Assembly: GCF_000315625.1 (NCBI RefSeq)
Contig: NW_005434647.1
Coordinates: 356,936-420,935, forward strand
DNA from: Guillardia theta CCMP2712
Lineage: Eukaryota > Protista > Cryptophyta
Direction of reading: 5' to 3'
Length of the DNA stretch: 64,000 bases
Shown: piece by piece, positions 44,146 to 57,291 of the stretch
Numbering within the stretch: position 1 is the stretch's first letter
How the letters are laid out: each line of letters opens with the position of its first letter
The notes under the pieces: model-generated
What the model was told of the DNA's origin: nothing
What the model saw: the letters and a program-made list of their open reading frames with translations, nothing else
Databases searched by the model: none
Program-made: the position numbers and the translations under genes

Positions 44146-45245
44146 GACCTAGCGAGGACAAGATCACCTCTCCCTTCCCGCTCCTCCTCCCTGCACCGCT
44201 AGCCTCCTGCACCTCCTCTATCCCCTTACTGTATCTCTTCTGCTACTTGACACTATTGCAAGGTTCCCGTGACCTTCTCGTATTCTGACTTGTTGGGCCT
44301 TGTTAAAATTTCTATGCTCTCTTGACGCCTCATCTCTTCACTCCTCACCTGCGTGTGAACTACTTGCTTAGTTGTGAAGACACGATTTGTTCTTCATCTC
44401 AACACTTTCATCCCGCATATGTTTCACATGTTTTTTTTATCCTGCACTTGGAATCTCCTCCTCCTCCTCCTCCTCCTCCTCCTCCTCCTCCTTCTCCTCC
44501 TCCTCCTCCTCCTCCTCCTTGCTGGATCTTGTTTGCTATACCTACTTGCCCCCTCCCTCCATCCTTCCCTCCCTTCGCGACCTCTTGTCAAAGTCAAATT
44601 ATTTACTCAACCGACGGTGAGGCCCTTTTCTAGAGAGTGGAAGAGAGGAACTATAGAAAGAGGAATGACGACGAGGAGGAGGAGGAGGAGGAGGAGAAGG
44701 AGGAAAGGAGGAGGAGAAGGAGGAGGAGGAGGAGGAGAAAGAATGAGTAGGAGCAGCGGCGGTGGCAGCAGGAGGTGGAGTGAGTGGAAGAACAACCATT
44801 TAGTCGTCATAGTTTCAGCTGCCCCAGCAGTGGGTGGTGGAGGAAGAGGAGGCCGAAGAGGAAGTGGAAGGAGAAGAATGGAGATGTGCTCAAGAGGCAG
44901 CGGACGGTTGCAGTTGTGAAATGTCTGCTCGAGAAGCAGCAGCACACCGTCAAGCATGTTCATGCGTAGAGGGCAGGAGCGATGGAGCTGAACTCTGAAG
45001 GATCGGAGAGAGAGAGAGAGATGCAAGACAGGAGGGATGGAGTCTTCCTCTTACATCAAGAGCGATGATTGTATCTCTTCAGCATGGCGACGTTTTACCT
45101 TTCATCAAGAGAAACAAACAAGCGTTCGAGGCCTGCTAGGATCGGCTCCAGGACGTTGGGACGGGGATGGACTGGACGTGGAGGAGACGAGCACTTGCCT
45201 GTTGCTGGACCTGATAAGGTGAGCAGCAGATGACGAACAAGCACT

Positions 45246-45728
45246 TCAGTCCTCGTCATCGCCTCCAGCATCTGCTGCCGCGTCCCCGGCAACTTCCAGC
45301 GCGTAGCATCCAGGCTTGAGATCCTCTAAAGAAACGAGCAGTCAGCAGGCTCGCACGCAGGGGAACAAGCGCATACGTTTGTCCAGCCATCGAGAGACCC
45401 AGCTGTGTTGAGGTTGGGTGATGGCGGATATTCTGCATGGATCGCTATCTCACCACACAAACAAGCGTAACAAGAGTATCACCCTGTGAAGTTCACGGTA
45501 CAGTATTCGTCCGCATAGTTCTCACGGGTCCCACAGTTGGCACAGCCTTGCCTTGATCCCCCAAGTCAGGAGCCCAGGGAGAGAGGAAAGGACTAGCTAC
45601 CTGTCAAACTGCCGAGCAGGCAGGACCAAATGACACTTGAGGCATGCTCTCAATTGGCGAACATCGTTGGGGACGGCCGCTTCCTCTGCTGCTTGCTTCA
45701 GCACACCCACGATGTCGGTATCTGCCAT
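45246..45728 (-). CDS. SPT4: Transcription elongation factor SPT4
   Basis: Four small exons splice to MADTDIVGVLKQAAEEAAVPNDVRQLRACLKCHLVLPARQFDRQGCANCGTRENYADEYCTVNFTGISAITQPQHSWVSRWLDKQDLKPGCYALEVAGD...; not in ORF track. Confidence 0.93.
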
Positions 45729-46074
45729 GGTCTGAGGACGAGGGAGAGGCCTGGATGGACGTGGACGACAAGCTCCGTGCCCTGTAGGAGACGGGAGAAG
45801 AGGAGCTGGAAGGGGAGTGGGAGGGAACGACGAGCGGGGTGGGAAGGCAGTGGAGGAGGCGGTGAAGCAAGATCTTGATTTAGGTGGGGTGGGTGTTGTC
45901 CATCACCGGGTATCATCCCAATAACAAAGGTGTCAATAGTATGGTAGGGTACTCTTTCCAATTTGCTAAGGGGTGGGGTCCACCCGCAAGCAGGCTCACT
46001 TCAAGAGGGAAAATGGGAGGAAGGGAAAGTTCGGCGGGCAGGGGGTCTTCAGGTTCGAGATCCTAGCGCATGGA

Positions 46075-46673
46075 ATGGATACACCAACACAGCTCCTCCT
46101 GATCCTTCTCCTCCTTCACCTCGTACACTGCCTCGCGTTCCCCCTCGATCCCCTGCCATGGCTCCGTCCGGCGCACCTTCAGCAGTCACGATGTACTGCA
46201 AAGCGGCTATGGCCGCACACAACCCTCTCCACAAGCGCGGGAGGGAAGAATGAAGGTGTGAACATGCAGACGGTGCGCTAGGACATGACTTGCAGGGCAG
46301 GACCTGTCGGCAATCCTTGCAACCGGATCTGCCGGTACAACCCCAACTTCTTTGATGGACAAGTCTGCATCGGCTGCTTCCGAGATGCGTTCGAGATCAG
46401 ATCATGGAAGACGTGAGCCGCAGGGACACGAGGTCAGAGGATGACTGAAAGATATGGCAGGCTATCTGCGTCAGAGAGAAGCTGGGTGCTGCAAGACGCG
46501 AAAGAGAGGGAGGAGGTGAATGCAGTATCTCTGCTTGCCTGCCTGCCTGCCTGCCTGCTGCTCTGCCCCTTCCCCCACACTCCTTGTCTCCTCTGCTGAC
46601 AGTCTACATTATGCAGGAGTGGAAGTCTCTAGAGGCCAAGGAAGGATCGAAGGCTTCGGAGCAGCAGGCTTGA
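46075..46673 (+). CDS. DUF1289 (YdhL-like, predicted Fe-S) protein with bipartite plastid presequence
   Basis: Signal LLLILLLLHLVHCLA|F; spliced NPCNRICRYNPNFFDGQVCIGCFRDAFEIRSWKTLSASER (CxxxC...CxGC.R...EI..W pattern). Confidence 0.8.
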
Positions 46674-46755
46674 AGCACTCTCTCCTTCACCTCAACTCCG
46701 ATCAACTCTCAATGTACAACCTAAGTTTTACACCCGACCGTCTGCCTCCCCCGGC

Positions 46756-48208
46756 CTATCTGCTCTCCGCGCGCATCCCCGTCCCGCCGCACCACGAGCA
46801 TGGCACGACTCCCTTGCCCCCACACGTCTCGCAGCCCGTAGACTTGGTCCTCGTCAGAACTCTGGCAGCCGCGCATGCAGCTGCTCACCTTGCCTTCCAC
46901 CGCATCCTCCGCTTTCGCTGACGAGGTCGTGGAGCACTTGCTGCAGCTTCAAGGCCGTCAGCTGCGAACCCTCCTCGATCGTCGTGTCCTCACCCGACGA
47001 TCCCTTTCCCGTTGCAAAGCCTACACGCGTTCTCTCCCGTGATGTACCGGATCTCAACGTTCTCCAGACCTGAATCTTTCACCGGACATGAGGGAGGGGG
47101 AGAGGGAGGAGCCACTGCGGGTACTGACGCTCACTGTGTCCTACCTTTCTTCGAGGTCAGCTTCATGGAGTCCATGTACTCCCTCCACGCCTTGTCGATG
47201 GGCTCTTGGGACAGACCCGCGTCTGACTCACTCCCTCCTACGGGGGCTTCCGGCGACTTTTCAGTTCGCCCCTGCCAGTAGCATCAGGCACCTGGAGAGG
47301 ACCATCTTCCTTACAATGGGCGGCAGCTCCTTTGAGGAAGAAGCAGTCCTTTCGATCCAATCTCCGTTGGGCCGCACTGTTGTGCCCTCCTCATCAGCAT
47401 CCGCTCCGCCCCCCCCCCCCCCCCCCCCCCCCCCTCGCTCGTCCCTCCTTCCTTTCTTCTCCCTTCCTCTGCCCCCCGACAACGGCATGTCAAAGCGACC
47501 TTCGAAGGTCTTGAAACGAACTTTGTCCTTCCCTGTATCATAGTCAGCTCAGGGGTAGCGGCACGAGCCTCGTCCTCTCACCGAATCGGCTCTGGATGGA
47601 GCGCGAGAGGGCAACGCAAGAGGAGAGTCGATCGAACTCCTCGACATACTGCACTCCCGCTTGCACCTTTTCCGTACCTCCTTCACCCATCCCACCGTCA
47701 GGCACGCGGGTCAAACCCCCTTCCTGTCAAACTGACCGTTGGGGCTCTCGTAGAAACCGTCCGTCGTCGCCGAGAACTGCAGAACAAACCTGGACTCCCT
47801 GTCGATATCCCTGACGTTGTATTCCTGACCGAGAAGAGAGATCGACGTTGCCTCTTTCTGGCCCAGCAAGTTTCTCCCATCCGAGGCTGTCACCAGGTCC
47901 CATAGAAACGCCAGGACTGCACCACTGGTTGAGATCACTCTCCTTGCAACAACAGCTCTTACCAACGACTCCTCCCAAGCTCGCGAAGCCAGCAGGGGAG
48001 AACACGAACTGAAAGGCGTCGAAGAGGAGATCAGCAGCTGGTCCCGCCTGCCATCATGGAGGCCATCAGTGCATATCTCGACCTCGACCTTCCCGCCCAC
48101 GTTCGACACACCTCCTCGGGTCTCGCCGACATGCGGATTCCTCCGTGACTTGGTCGATTCTGCTTCAGGAGCTGCCATCCATGGACATACCCCTTCCTCA
48201 GGCACAGG

Positions 48209-48269
<61 letters not shown>

Positions 48270-48333
48270 TTCCTGCTCCGAGCGGTTGCACAAAGCAGGG
48301 CTCCAGGCTGGGACGGTCACAGTGGAACACCAT
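46756..48333 (-). CDS. Protein with C-terminal DnaJ-type zinc finger and no J-domain; 5' end uncertain
   Basis: Spliced C-terminus CRLCNGKGIVGCSKC...CETCGGKGVVPCSWCGGTG; stop TAG at 46756. Confidence 0.6.
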
Positions 48334-48825
48334 GGCAGCCAAGAATTGATCCCAACGAGGGGTAGGGGTACCAGATTACTATATGCATTAGGGTACTGTT
48401 CAGTATTTAAATAGGGGGTAGTAAAGTATTTGAGGGGGGTAGTGGGGTGGATCACATAAAGCCCTATGCACCCCCACTGTAAAATTCAGTGCTTTCAGAA
48501 CATCGACGGGAAGAAAACTGGAGAGAGAGTACAAGGAGGTTCGCTGCTATCATGATGAGGACGACGACGATAGAAAGGGATAGACAGAGGGGAGAGGGAG
48601 GAAGAAGGCGGTTCGTTGAGAGGTTGGAGATGTTAAACAAGAACGAGTTGAGCTGTTGGTGGCATGGGGTTAGTATGGAGAGCCAGGGCTGACTAGCTGA
48701 TAGATGAAGAGCAGAGAAGACAATGAGAGACTAATACGTCAGCTCCTTGGAGTGTTCTCGATGCGAATGAGGGTGCTAAACTTTCCTTCCCAAAGTTCTT
48801 TGATTGTAATACTCGAATTCCTCTA

Positions 48826-49876
48826 TCAGCCCTTTGCTTTCATCGCTTCGTACTGCCTGCACTAGGAGGTCAGTCGACCTGCAGACGCCCACGAGGAGGT
48901 TACTCTGGGGTCTTCGTCTTCATCGTCAACGCATGAATGGTCTTCATCTCTTCCTCGATCGCCTCATGCACGCTCCGTTGTCTGCCCAACTCCACGTTGA
49001 GCTGGTTGGAAACATCTGCTACCTTCACCTGTCTAGCAGCGACATCCCAACGAACTTCTCCGAGACGACCAGGAGGTCAAGCTTCGCCCCGCAACCTGCG
49101 GGAGCCTCAGTAACCTTTCTAGAGGAGGAGAGGAGCAGGCAGGGCAGCTGAAGAGACAAAGGGCCATGAGGGAGACGCATCAGGTTCAACATGAGCCTTC
49201 CCCTCCTTCAGGAGGAGGGCAGGAGATGATCGAAGAAAGAGATCGAAAGGAGGAGATGATCGAAGAAAGAGATCGAGAGTTAGGATCGAAGAGGAGGGTC
49301 GAATCATTGCTGCCCTTTGGACTCACAGAGCAAATAAGTTTAAGACATTGGCAAGTGGAGGGGAGGGAAATGTGGTATTGGGGCGCGCAAACAATGAAAA
49401 TGTCCGGACAAGAAAGAAGATTTCATGGCAGCGTGTCTGCTGTTACCGTCCGAAAGATCCACGACTTCCACAACAGTCGCCTGAGTTTCCAACAACACCG
49501 TAAGAGGCTCTGATCAAACCTTGTTTCTATCCAGATAGCACTTCTTCTCTCTCGCTTCAAGTGTGCACACCTCCAACCCCTGCCCCTTTCCCGTCCTCCC
49601 TCCCTGCCCCCCCCCCCCCGCCTCTCCCAGCTGTTTTGATTTTTCCCTGTTGTCGTCATTGTAATCCCTCATATCTTATCCTTTCTTGTCACATTCTAGC
49701 CTGAGGCTGATAAACGAGCACCCGATCCGAGATCATTCTGACTTGTACAGTCCCTTGATCCTGTTCCCTCTGCTCTCCTCTCATCTTCTCTCCTCTTCTC
49801 TCATCTCCTCTCCTCTCCTCTCCTCTCTCACCTTCAGCTTGTCCCGCAGCTTCTGCTCAATCGCTTGTGCCGCCAT
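48826..49876 (-). CDS. BOLA2: BolA2-type cytosolic BolA protein
   Basis: Five exons: MAAQAIEQKLRDKLKATVVEVVDLSDGCGAKLDLLVVSEKFVGMSLLDRQRSVHEAIEEEMKTIHALTMKTKTPEQYEAMKAKG*; GCG and IHA ligand motifs; not in ORF track. Confidence 0.92.
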
Positions 49877-49986
49877 TGTATTCCTCACCGTCCCGGCAAG
49901 CCCCTACCCACCCAATCCCTATCCACTAAATTCTTATTGAAAGGGGGGGGTAATGAGTATGACAGGGTGGGTCGACTGTCGGGGCA

Positions 49987-51363
49987 ATGGCGACGGCGGA
50001 GGAGCGTCGGGCGATGGCGATCGAGAAGCTGTCGAAGGCGATCTAGGAGGAGCATGCACGGCTCACTGACTTGACCTTGTCAGATCCTCAAGAGAACCCC
50101 CGTCAAGGACGAGAGCGAAGAGGTTCAGGTGCTGGAGGACATACTGAAGGCGAGCAGCGTCGAGGTGCGGAGGGAGGGGACAGGGAGGAGTTGACCCTGG
50201 GGATGATGGTGCCCGTCGGACAGCAAGTGAGATCCATCGCAAGCAGACGGTTGGAAACAATCCGCTCAGGACAGGCAGCAGCTCCCTCCGGTGAAGCCTC
50301 CTCCTGCGCCTTCATGGTAAGACGAGGCGTGACCGCATCCTAGCAGGCGGCAAGGAGAAGAGGGAACACAGCGCAAGAGTCGAGGAGACCCTGCGAGCTC
50401 TGCATGCTAAGAAATTTCAGTCGGAAGCCACGACGGGGGAGTACTGGGAAAACGCCTTCTCTCATGGGTTAAAGGTGTACGAGGACTACAATGACACTGG
50501 GCCATCCTTTACAAGTACGTTGTCGGTTCGAGACTATGAAATGCTGAAAGAGACGCTCGACGACAACGGTTTTTTCGCCTCCCCGAGTCTGGACTGGGGA
50601 AAAGACATCTGCTTCAACGAGGTGAATCGGGGGGCATGGTCTCTTGACGAGTCATCAAGTTGGTCAGATGATCGAGGCGATGAAAGAGTTGAAGAGCAAG
50701 GGTTGGCCTGCTTGCTTCATCTTCGCATACCAGCAGGTCCCTCTGCTCTCAGCAAGAGTGTTGAGACTTTTGATCTGATCCCAGCCATGGCACCTGATCG
50801 ACAAGTTGTTCGACTTCGCTGAACAGATTCTCGGTGTTGATCCCCCCCCCTCCCCCCCCTCTCTTTCCTTCTCCTTCTCTTCTTCCTCCTCCTCCTCCTC
50901 CTCCTCCTCCTCCTCCTTCTGTTGAGGCCTTCTTGCTATAGAGACCGACCAGATCGCGATCGAGCCCTCCGTGTTTGCCTGGCACCTGGGTGACCGACGA
51001 TGAAGGGACCAAGAGATCAACTGAGTTCTTCCCAGATCCTCCGGTTGGAGAGCCCTGGAGGGCCGGCAACAACGGCTTCAACCTGCCGCACAGGTAGCGA
51101 CTGACTGTCCCGTCCCCTTGAGACTCTAAGGGCTGACATGACAAGGGACTTCACCTATGACGAGACGTTCGATGAGGAAGGGAACCTCAAGGTCCGCTCC
51201 CCCCANNNNNNNNNNNNNNNNNNNNNNNNNNNNNNNNNNNNNNNNNNNNNNNNNNNNNNNNNNNNNNNNNNNNNNNNNNNNNNNNNNNNNNNNNNNNNNN
51301 NNNNNGGACAACACACACTCGGCCTCCGCCGCAACCCCCCCCCCCCCCCTTCCCCTCCCGTCC

Positions 51364-51442
<79 letters not shown>

Positions 51443-52795
51443 TTCCTTTTCTTCTTCCTCCTTCCCGTCGCTTCTTTTTCCCCTCCTGCTCCCTCCCCTT
51501 CCCCCAACGTCTGTACCCGTGGGCTGCCATTTGCACTATCCGCTGTCTCTGCTTCCCCATTAGCCTCAACCTCTTCGTTCCTCTGACGTCTCGAAGCATC
51601 CTGCTCATCTGAGGAGCGCGGTAATGGGTCAGAACAGCAACGTCATCGAACTACGTCAGCGTGCTTTTCCCCTCCTCCCCATCCCTCCTTCCCTCCCTCC
51701 TTGCGCCCTGTTCCACCCCCTCTCCTCTTGTCCTCTTTCTCCCTCATGCCGTCCCTTCTCTTCCTCGTCCCCCCCCCCTGCCCCCACCTCCTTTCATCCT
51801 CTTGGTCAGGTTTCCCCCTCCAAGGAATCAGACCTCTCGAAGCTCAGGCTGGAGCAGGTGCAGCCCGTCTGACTCTCCTCCTCTTCCCTTCCACTTTTGC
51901 TCCAGCAGCAGCCATCGCCTTTCGATTGCTTCCTCTCTCTTACCCTCGCTTCCCTCCCCTTGCCTGCCTGTTGCCGCCGCTGCTTCTGCTGCTTCCCTGC
52001 CTCCCATCCCAGCTTTCCCTCCCACACTCCTCCATTGCAACCTGTTCCTCTTCTTCCGCTGTTGGTAATATCTGAATATCTGCTGGAGTTCTGGGATGGC
52101 ACGGCAACACCATACACTGGGGCTCCTGTTGCTCCAAGAATGCGTCGCATCCAAGGTCTGACGAGGAGTAAGAGGAGGAGGAGGAGGAGGAGGAGGAGGA
52201 GGAGGAGGAGAGCTGAAAGTGAAGTGAAAGGGAGGAGGAGGAGGAGGAGGATGACGTAAGGGTGGTAGGTCGAGCATTGCCTTCACTTTCTGCCGATCAA
52301 GGTGCGAATGTTGGGGAACCAACTCTTTGATTGCTGAAGACAAGTTGCCAGCGTGGGGAGTTTGGAGGGAAACACTCTACTCTCAAGGTCTCTCCCCTCC
52401 CTCCTTCGTCGCCTTCCCTTTCTCCTTCCATCGCACTGTACCCTCCTCCCTCACGCTCTAAGGGCCTCTATCCTCCTCCCTCCTCCCTCCTCCCTCCTCC
52501 CTCCTCCCTCCTCCCCTCCTCCCTCCTTTCAGCGCTCACCCTCACCCTCAAACTTGTCCCAACCCGCAGGGAGACCGTCAGGTCCCTGGACCTTCAGAGT
52601 CGGTGAGTCTCACCAGTAGAGGAGGATGGAGGCTGAGCAGGAGGGCAGGCTCGCAGCTGTAGCCCGATCGCTCCTCATGCACAAACGATGGTACTCGCTC
52701 AAGGACGACCTGGTGGCTCCTCCTTCCTGCGTCTCGAGGGGCTGACTGGTGCTACGCAGCTGCCGAGCTCCATGTACAGAGAGCACAGCAAGTGA
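49987..52795 (+). CDS. Phytanoyl-CoA dioxygenase (PhyH)-like Fe(II)/2OG oxygenase
   Basis: PSVFAWHL, FNLPHRD (HxD), LGWHGNTIHWGS...PRSSIAFTF; spans an N gap. Confidence 0.75.
51206..51305. other. Assembly gap (100 N)
   Basis: N run. Confidence 1.
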
Positions 52796-52876
52796 AGTTC
52801 TCAGCAACAATGAAGCGATGAGATTCATTTTCAGACTTCTCCTCCCCCCTCCCTCTTCCTCTCCCTCCTCTTCTGC

Positions 52877-55800
52877 TCATGTCTTGATGATGCCATTTGT
52901 CATCGCCGAGCCCCCATTCATGTGCTCTTTCTTCGCCTCTGTCTTCTTCGTCTTACGCCCCCATACCCTAATAGTGTTGTCGTCCGACGCTGACGCGAAC
53001 ATGACAGCATCCTTGGGGTTCCATGCAACCTGTCCATCCTTCAGCCGCACAATCCTTCTTCCTCTCTCGTCACGTCCTCCCTCTTCAACCTCCCTCTTCA
53101 ACCTCCCTCCTCCCCTTCCTCCTCCCCCTCCTTCTCCCCCTCCTCGTCCTGCCTCACATCACTCACCGAGTTAATCGTGCCCGAGTGTCCTTGGAGTGCA
53201 TGGATCAGAGCAGCGCTGTCTCTGTGCCACAAGAAGACCCGGCAGTCCTCACTTCCCCCAACAACGAAAGCGTCGCGATTGCCTCCAAAGCTTGATCGGA
53301 TTACATACCGTCCCTGCTCACGCCCTCAGATCTCCTGAGGGATGGCGATGCTCGCTCACCTGCTTGTGCCCTCGATACCTCTTGAGCAGCTTCTTCTCAT
53401 CCAGGTCCCACAGGTGCACCTGCGCGAGGATGCTCAGAAGGAGGAAGAGAAAAGCAAGAGAGCAGAAACTGAGAGGGAGGAAGTAAAAGAATGAAAACCA
53501 AAGCGAGGAGTTAATGCTGAATGGGTGGAAGAGACAATCAAAGAAAGGAAGGAAACCAATGCGAGAGAGAACAGGGGAACGAAGGGGGAAAGGAGGCCTT
53601 CCGTCACCTCAGGTTGGGGCTCCTGCGTTGCCGCGTTGCACGTTGACTGACTGTCGCTCGACACATTGACGAGGGCATAGCGCCCGTCATGGCTGATACA
53701 GACCGACGTCATGCTCCCTTGCTCGTTGAAAGTCATTGTTGCCGCCTTGTTCGACTCGACCATGTGAGGTAGCGAGTACACGCGTATCCGCTGCTCTGGC
53801 GAGATCAGGACGAGCCGCCGTCCGTCTTTGCTAACCGCTAGGTCGGTGACCCGTTCCCCCGAAATGATCTTCTCCGGCTCCTCATTCTTGGCGTTCCAGA
53901 CGATGAGTTTCTTGTCATAACTTCCAGACACAAACCTATCGTCATCGTGCAGCCATGCGATCGCGCTGACACTCTCTGTATGAACTTTGAACTCTCTCAA
54001 CATGTCCCCTGTCTGCGTCTCCCACAACTTGATCGTAAGATCTCCACCACCGGAGAGAAGCCACCGATCATCTGGGCTCCATGCCACAATGTTGACAGCT
54101 TGCTCATGCCCCTTAAGAACCTTATACACATTAAATTGTTCCTCCACAGACCATATGATGACTGTCTTATCCTTGCTCGCTGAAGCCAAAAACTTCCCAT
54201 CATTCGAGAATTGTACATGCCATACTTCGTCCTTGTGAAGCTCCAGCAGATGTATCGTTTCATTTGGTACTAAGTCGTCTGTCGCATGACAGTCGACGAG
54301 GAGATTACTTGTGACAACAAGTCAGAAACCCGACACCAAACAAGCAAGAAAGCCTCACGTCCAGGGCTCGTTTCTATTATATCTTAGACATTGACTCATC
54401 TGAGGATTCACAAGTGAGCAAAATGCAATTCGAGAAAGGAAAGCATCAAGACCTGGTATTTCAAAGCTTGCTGCAAAAGGTAATCTAATCGACGAGGCGG
54501 AATGATGGCGCTCGGCGGTAGCTCTTGTTCGATTTGCTGCATCCAGCCGGTGACATTCAGCCTCTACAGTCAACAGGACGAACCTTCAAGACTTCCCGTC
54601 TTCCTGCCTGGTTTGCACCGAGCCATCTTGAAACAAATCATAGTCATATAACCGATCAGGGCCCTGAGGACAATGGATACTTGGCTTGTTTCTTCAGCGT
54701 CTCTTCGTCCTTACACAAAACCAAACAAGCAAGGCTATGCGACATTTTTGAGTCCTGCAGAGATCTTAAGCTACATAGTGACTAGAAGGATACTCGAGAC
54801 CTCTGTGAGTGGAGTGATCTCTGCGCGTAGGCAGTTCATAGCTTCCGCAATCCTCTCACTCTGAAGCATCTCAAGAAACTTCTGTCGCTTGATTACAAGT
54901 CGGCATCTGTAAACATGTACAATTACAACGCAAACAGCCACAAAACATCAAAGCATCAGAATGACAAAGTTCGATTTTTACGACACAGCAGCTAGGTGAG
55001 TCTCATACTTCAATGTTTGTTCATCATTGAGCTCTAATTGAGGGAGCAATGATTCAGCCTTGTCCCAGCAACCTTGCAAGGCTGCTTGTTCCAACTCCTC
55101 CACAGCTGGACTTCTTAATCTGATTCCTGTTTCTTGTTCCAGCATCTCTGCGCTCTGGCTGCATGACAAAATCACAAATGGGGAAAAATCTCGAAAAACT
55201 CACCGGCAACCCAGATGTTCTAAAGCTTGGATCACTATTCTGATGTAATCACGATGATGAAAGGGGTGTTCCCTGTTTGCAATCCCATTTACCGCCTGCC
55301 TTGATGGTAAGATGCACAGGATCTTCTCGACTGCAGCAGCAGCAGGCAGCTGCTGTAGGCATTTCGTGCTCAACTGACCTCCTCCCCTTCACCATCTTCT
55401 TGAAGGCCCGCTATTCTCATCTGACCGTTTGGAGCGCTGATGCTGTCTGCTGCTCCATACTTGCCATCAAAGGCAAGACAGGTCTTTTCCTTCTCTGAAG
55501 CCCCATCTTCGGTCTCGCACTCCCTGCATATTTGTGCAGATTCTGCAGGTTGTCAGTGTGGGGCAAGTCTCGCAAAGTGAACAACAACCTGCATAAACTT
55601 TCGAGCCGCCGGCATCTAGTATTATAAGCAAGATTCAGAACTTCACAGAGATTGTTCATCGAGCATCATATCACACATCACGAGAGTTTCTTTCACAAAA
55701 CAGTTCGGAATCAAACCAGACAAAATAGACTTGTACGAAGAACGAATTACCTCCCTCCCTTCTACCACCCATGTTGGAGGCAGCGCTTCGAGGGCGCTTG

Positions 55801-55928
55801 CGGGGAGGGGAACCGTCCGATCCAGACAAGGACGTGGTGACTGGGAGCAGCAATGTGCTCGTTTGCCTGCTCTCTGTCGCGTCCTCCTCGCAAACCCTGT
55901 TAGAACGAATCGTCAAAGAAAGGGTCAT
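52877..55928 (-). CDS. WDR26: WDR26/GID7 (LisH-CTLH-WD40), CTLH E3 complex subunit
   Basis: Lis[13 protein letters not shown]...[24 protein letters not shown]40s HKDEVW...[20 protein letters not shown] through [13 protein letters not shown]; start uncertain. Confidence 0.88.
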
Positions 55929-56244
55929 GATTGATAGAGAATCGCCAGCATCTGATAGCTAAGACATGCAGAAACACGAAAAGAGGACATGATCAAGATA
56001 CGCCAGAGGGAAACAAAGTCAGAAAGTAGCAATGGCTGCAACAAAACTAATGGACGGAGAAGACGCAATGCGGGAAGGCAGGAAACTCTAAGTTGGACGA
56101 GATAACTCGGAGCAGAGGATGGTTGCTAGGGAGATGGAGGTGAGCAAGGAGGGCAAGAGCGGAAGGGGAGGAGGAGAGGAGAAGTTGAAAGGCCGATAGC
56201 CGCTCATTGTCCCAACTTGCAGTCTGTCATGGCATAGTGTAGCT

Positions 56245-56860
56245 TAGGGGTTCGAAGGGGTGGGAGGGGGATCGGGGTCAAAGAATGATGGTGGGGTAGT
56301 CTCCAAATCTCATGAGGGGTGATACAATTACAATACTAAAAGAATTCTATGTGGTAGGGTGGGGTGAAGACTGTAGATGGTGACATGGGGTACAGGGTGT
56401 CCGAGAACAGAAGGGTAGGGTACAAAAATAGGGGTGTCTGGACACTGGGGTTAGAAGTGGGATATCAAAGGTAGGGGTAGTCACAAGTAATAGCATGGGG
56501 TGTTACAGAAAGAGTGCTTTAGGGAGATGGAGGGTAGTCAGTTGAACGAGGCGGGGATGAGGGTTAAGAAACATATTTTCGCTAGTGGGTGGGGTTATGG
56601 TGACGTCTATCGTATATCACCGGTATTTTGTCAAGTAAAAAAGGGGGTACACAAAATTTGGGGTCATTGACAAATAGATCCAGTAGGGTAGGGGTGGAAG
56701 AGATATTGGGGTAGGGGTACTGAGATGGGTCTCCAAAGGGGGTGGAAGTGTGAGGGTTGTAGGTGCTGTTCAGGAGGGGGTAGGGGTACTCCACATGGAA
56801 AAGAATAGAGGGAAAGGTGGGGTGGGGTGGAATAAGTTAAGAAGGGGAACTGCACCGGTG
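56245..56860 (+). promoter_or_regulatory. GGGGT-rich, GpC-poor upstream tract (putative promoter class)
   Basis: About 20 GGGGT and only 6 GpC by manual count in about 600 bp, between divergent WDR26 and HLS1-like genes; similar tracts precede other start codons. Confidence 0.45.
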
Positions 56861-57291
56861 GATGTCGAAGGAAACCAGATTGTACCTTACCCCCTATATA
56901 TCCAACATGTGGGGTCGTAGCACAGGGTGGTCAATCGTGAAAGGTTTCCCCCGGAGGCATAGGGAGAGGAAATGGAACGACAGGAGGGGGAGAGGGAGGA
57001 GGGAAACGTTACACGATGACAGGAAGCAGATAGATGTTGAACACGACACAGACCTCTAGCTTCGGTAGGAGGAGATCCAGACATGAGGAGTAGACAGGAA
57101 AGTTTAGGGGATGAGGCATGAAAGCGTTGTAGATAGAACACACTTTTGAGTTTGAGACGAGAGCGATGTAAAGATAAGTGTGAACTGTTTGATTGATGGT
57201 TCGCTGATATGGCGTGTTTGATTCCCTCAGGTTGCATATTGTCTCTGACCAGGACGCCCTTTCGCTTTGCGGCACATAGGGAAGGGGTGCC

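Noticed and set aside
49222-49276. Short direct repeat GGAGATGATCGAAGAAAGAGATCGA x2 in a BolA2 intron
   Set aside because: Simple local duplication; no snoRNA boxes on the transcribed strand
56245-56860. Interstitial telomeric repeat
   Set aside because: G-runs are irregularly spaced with no fixed tandem unit
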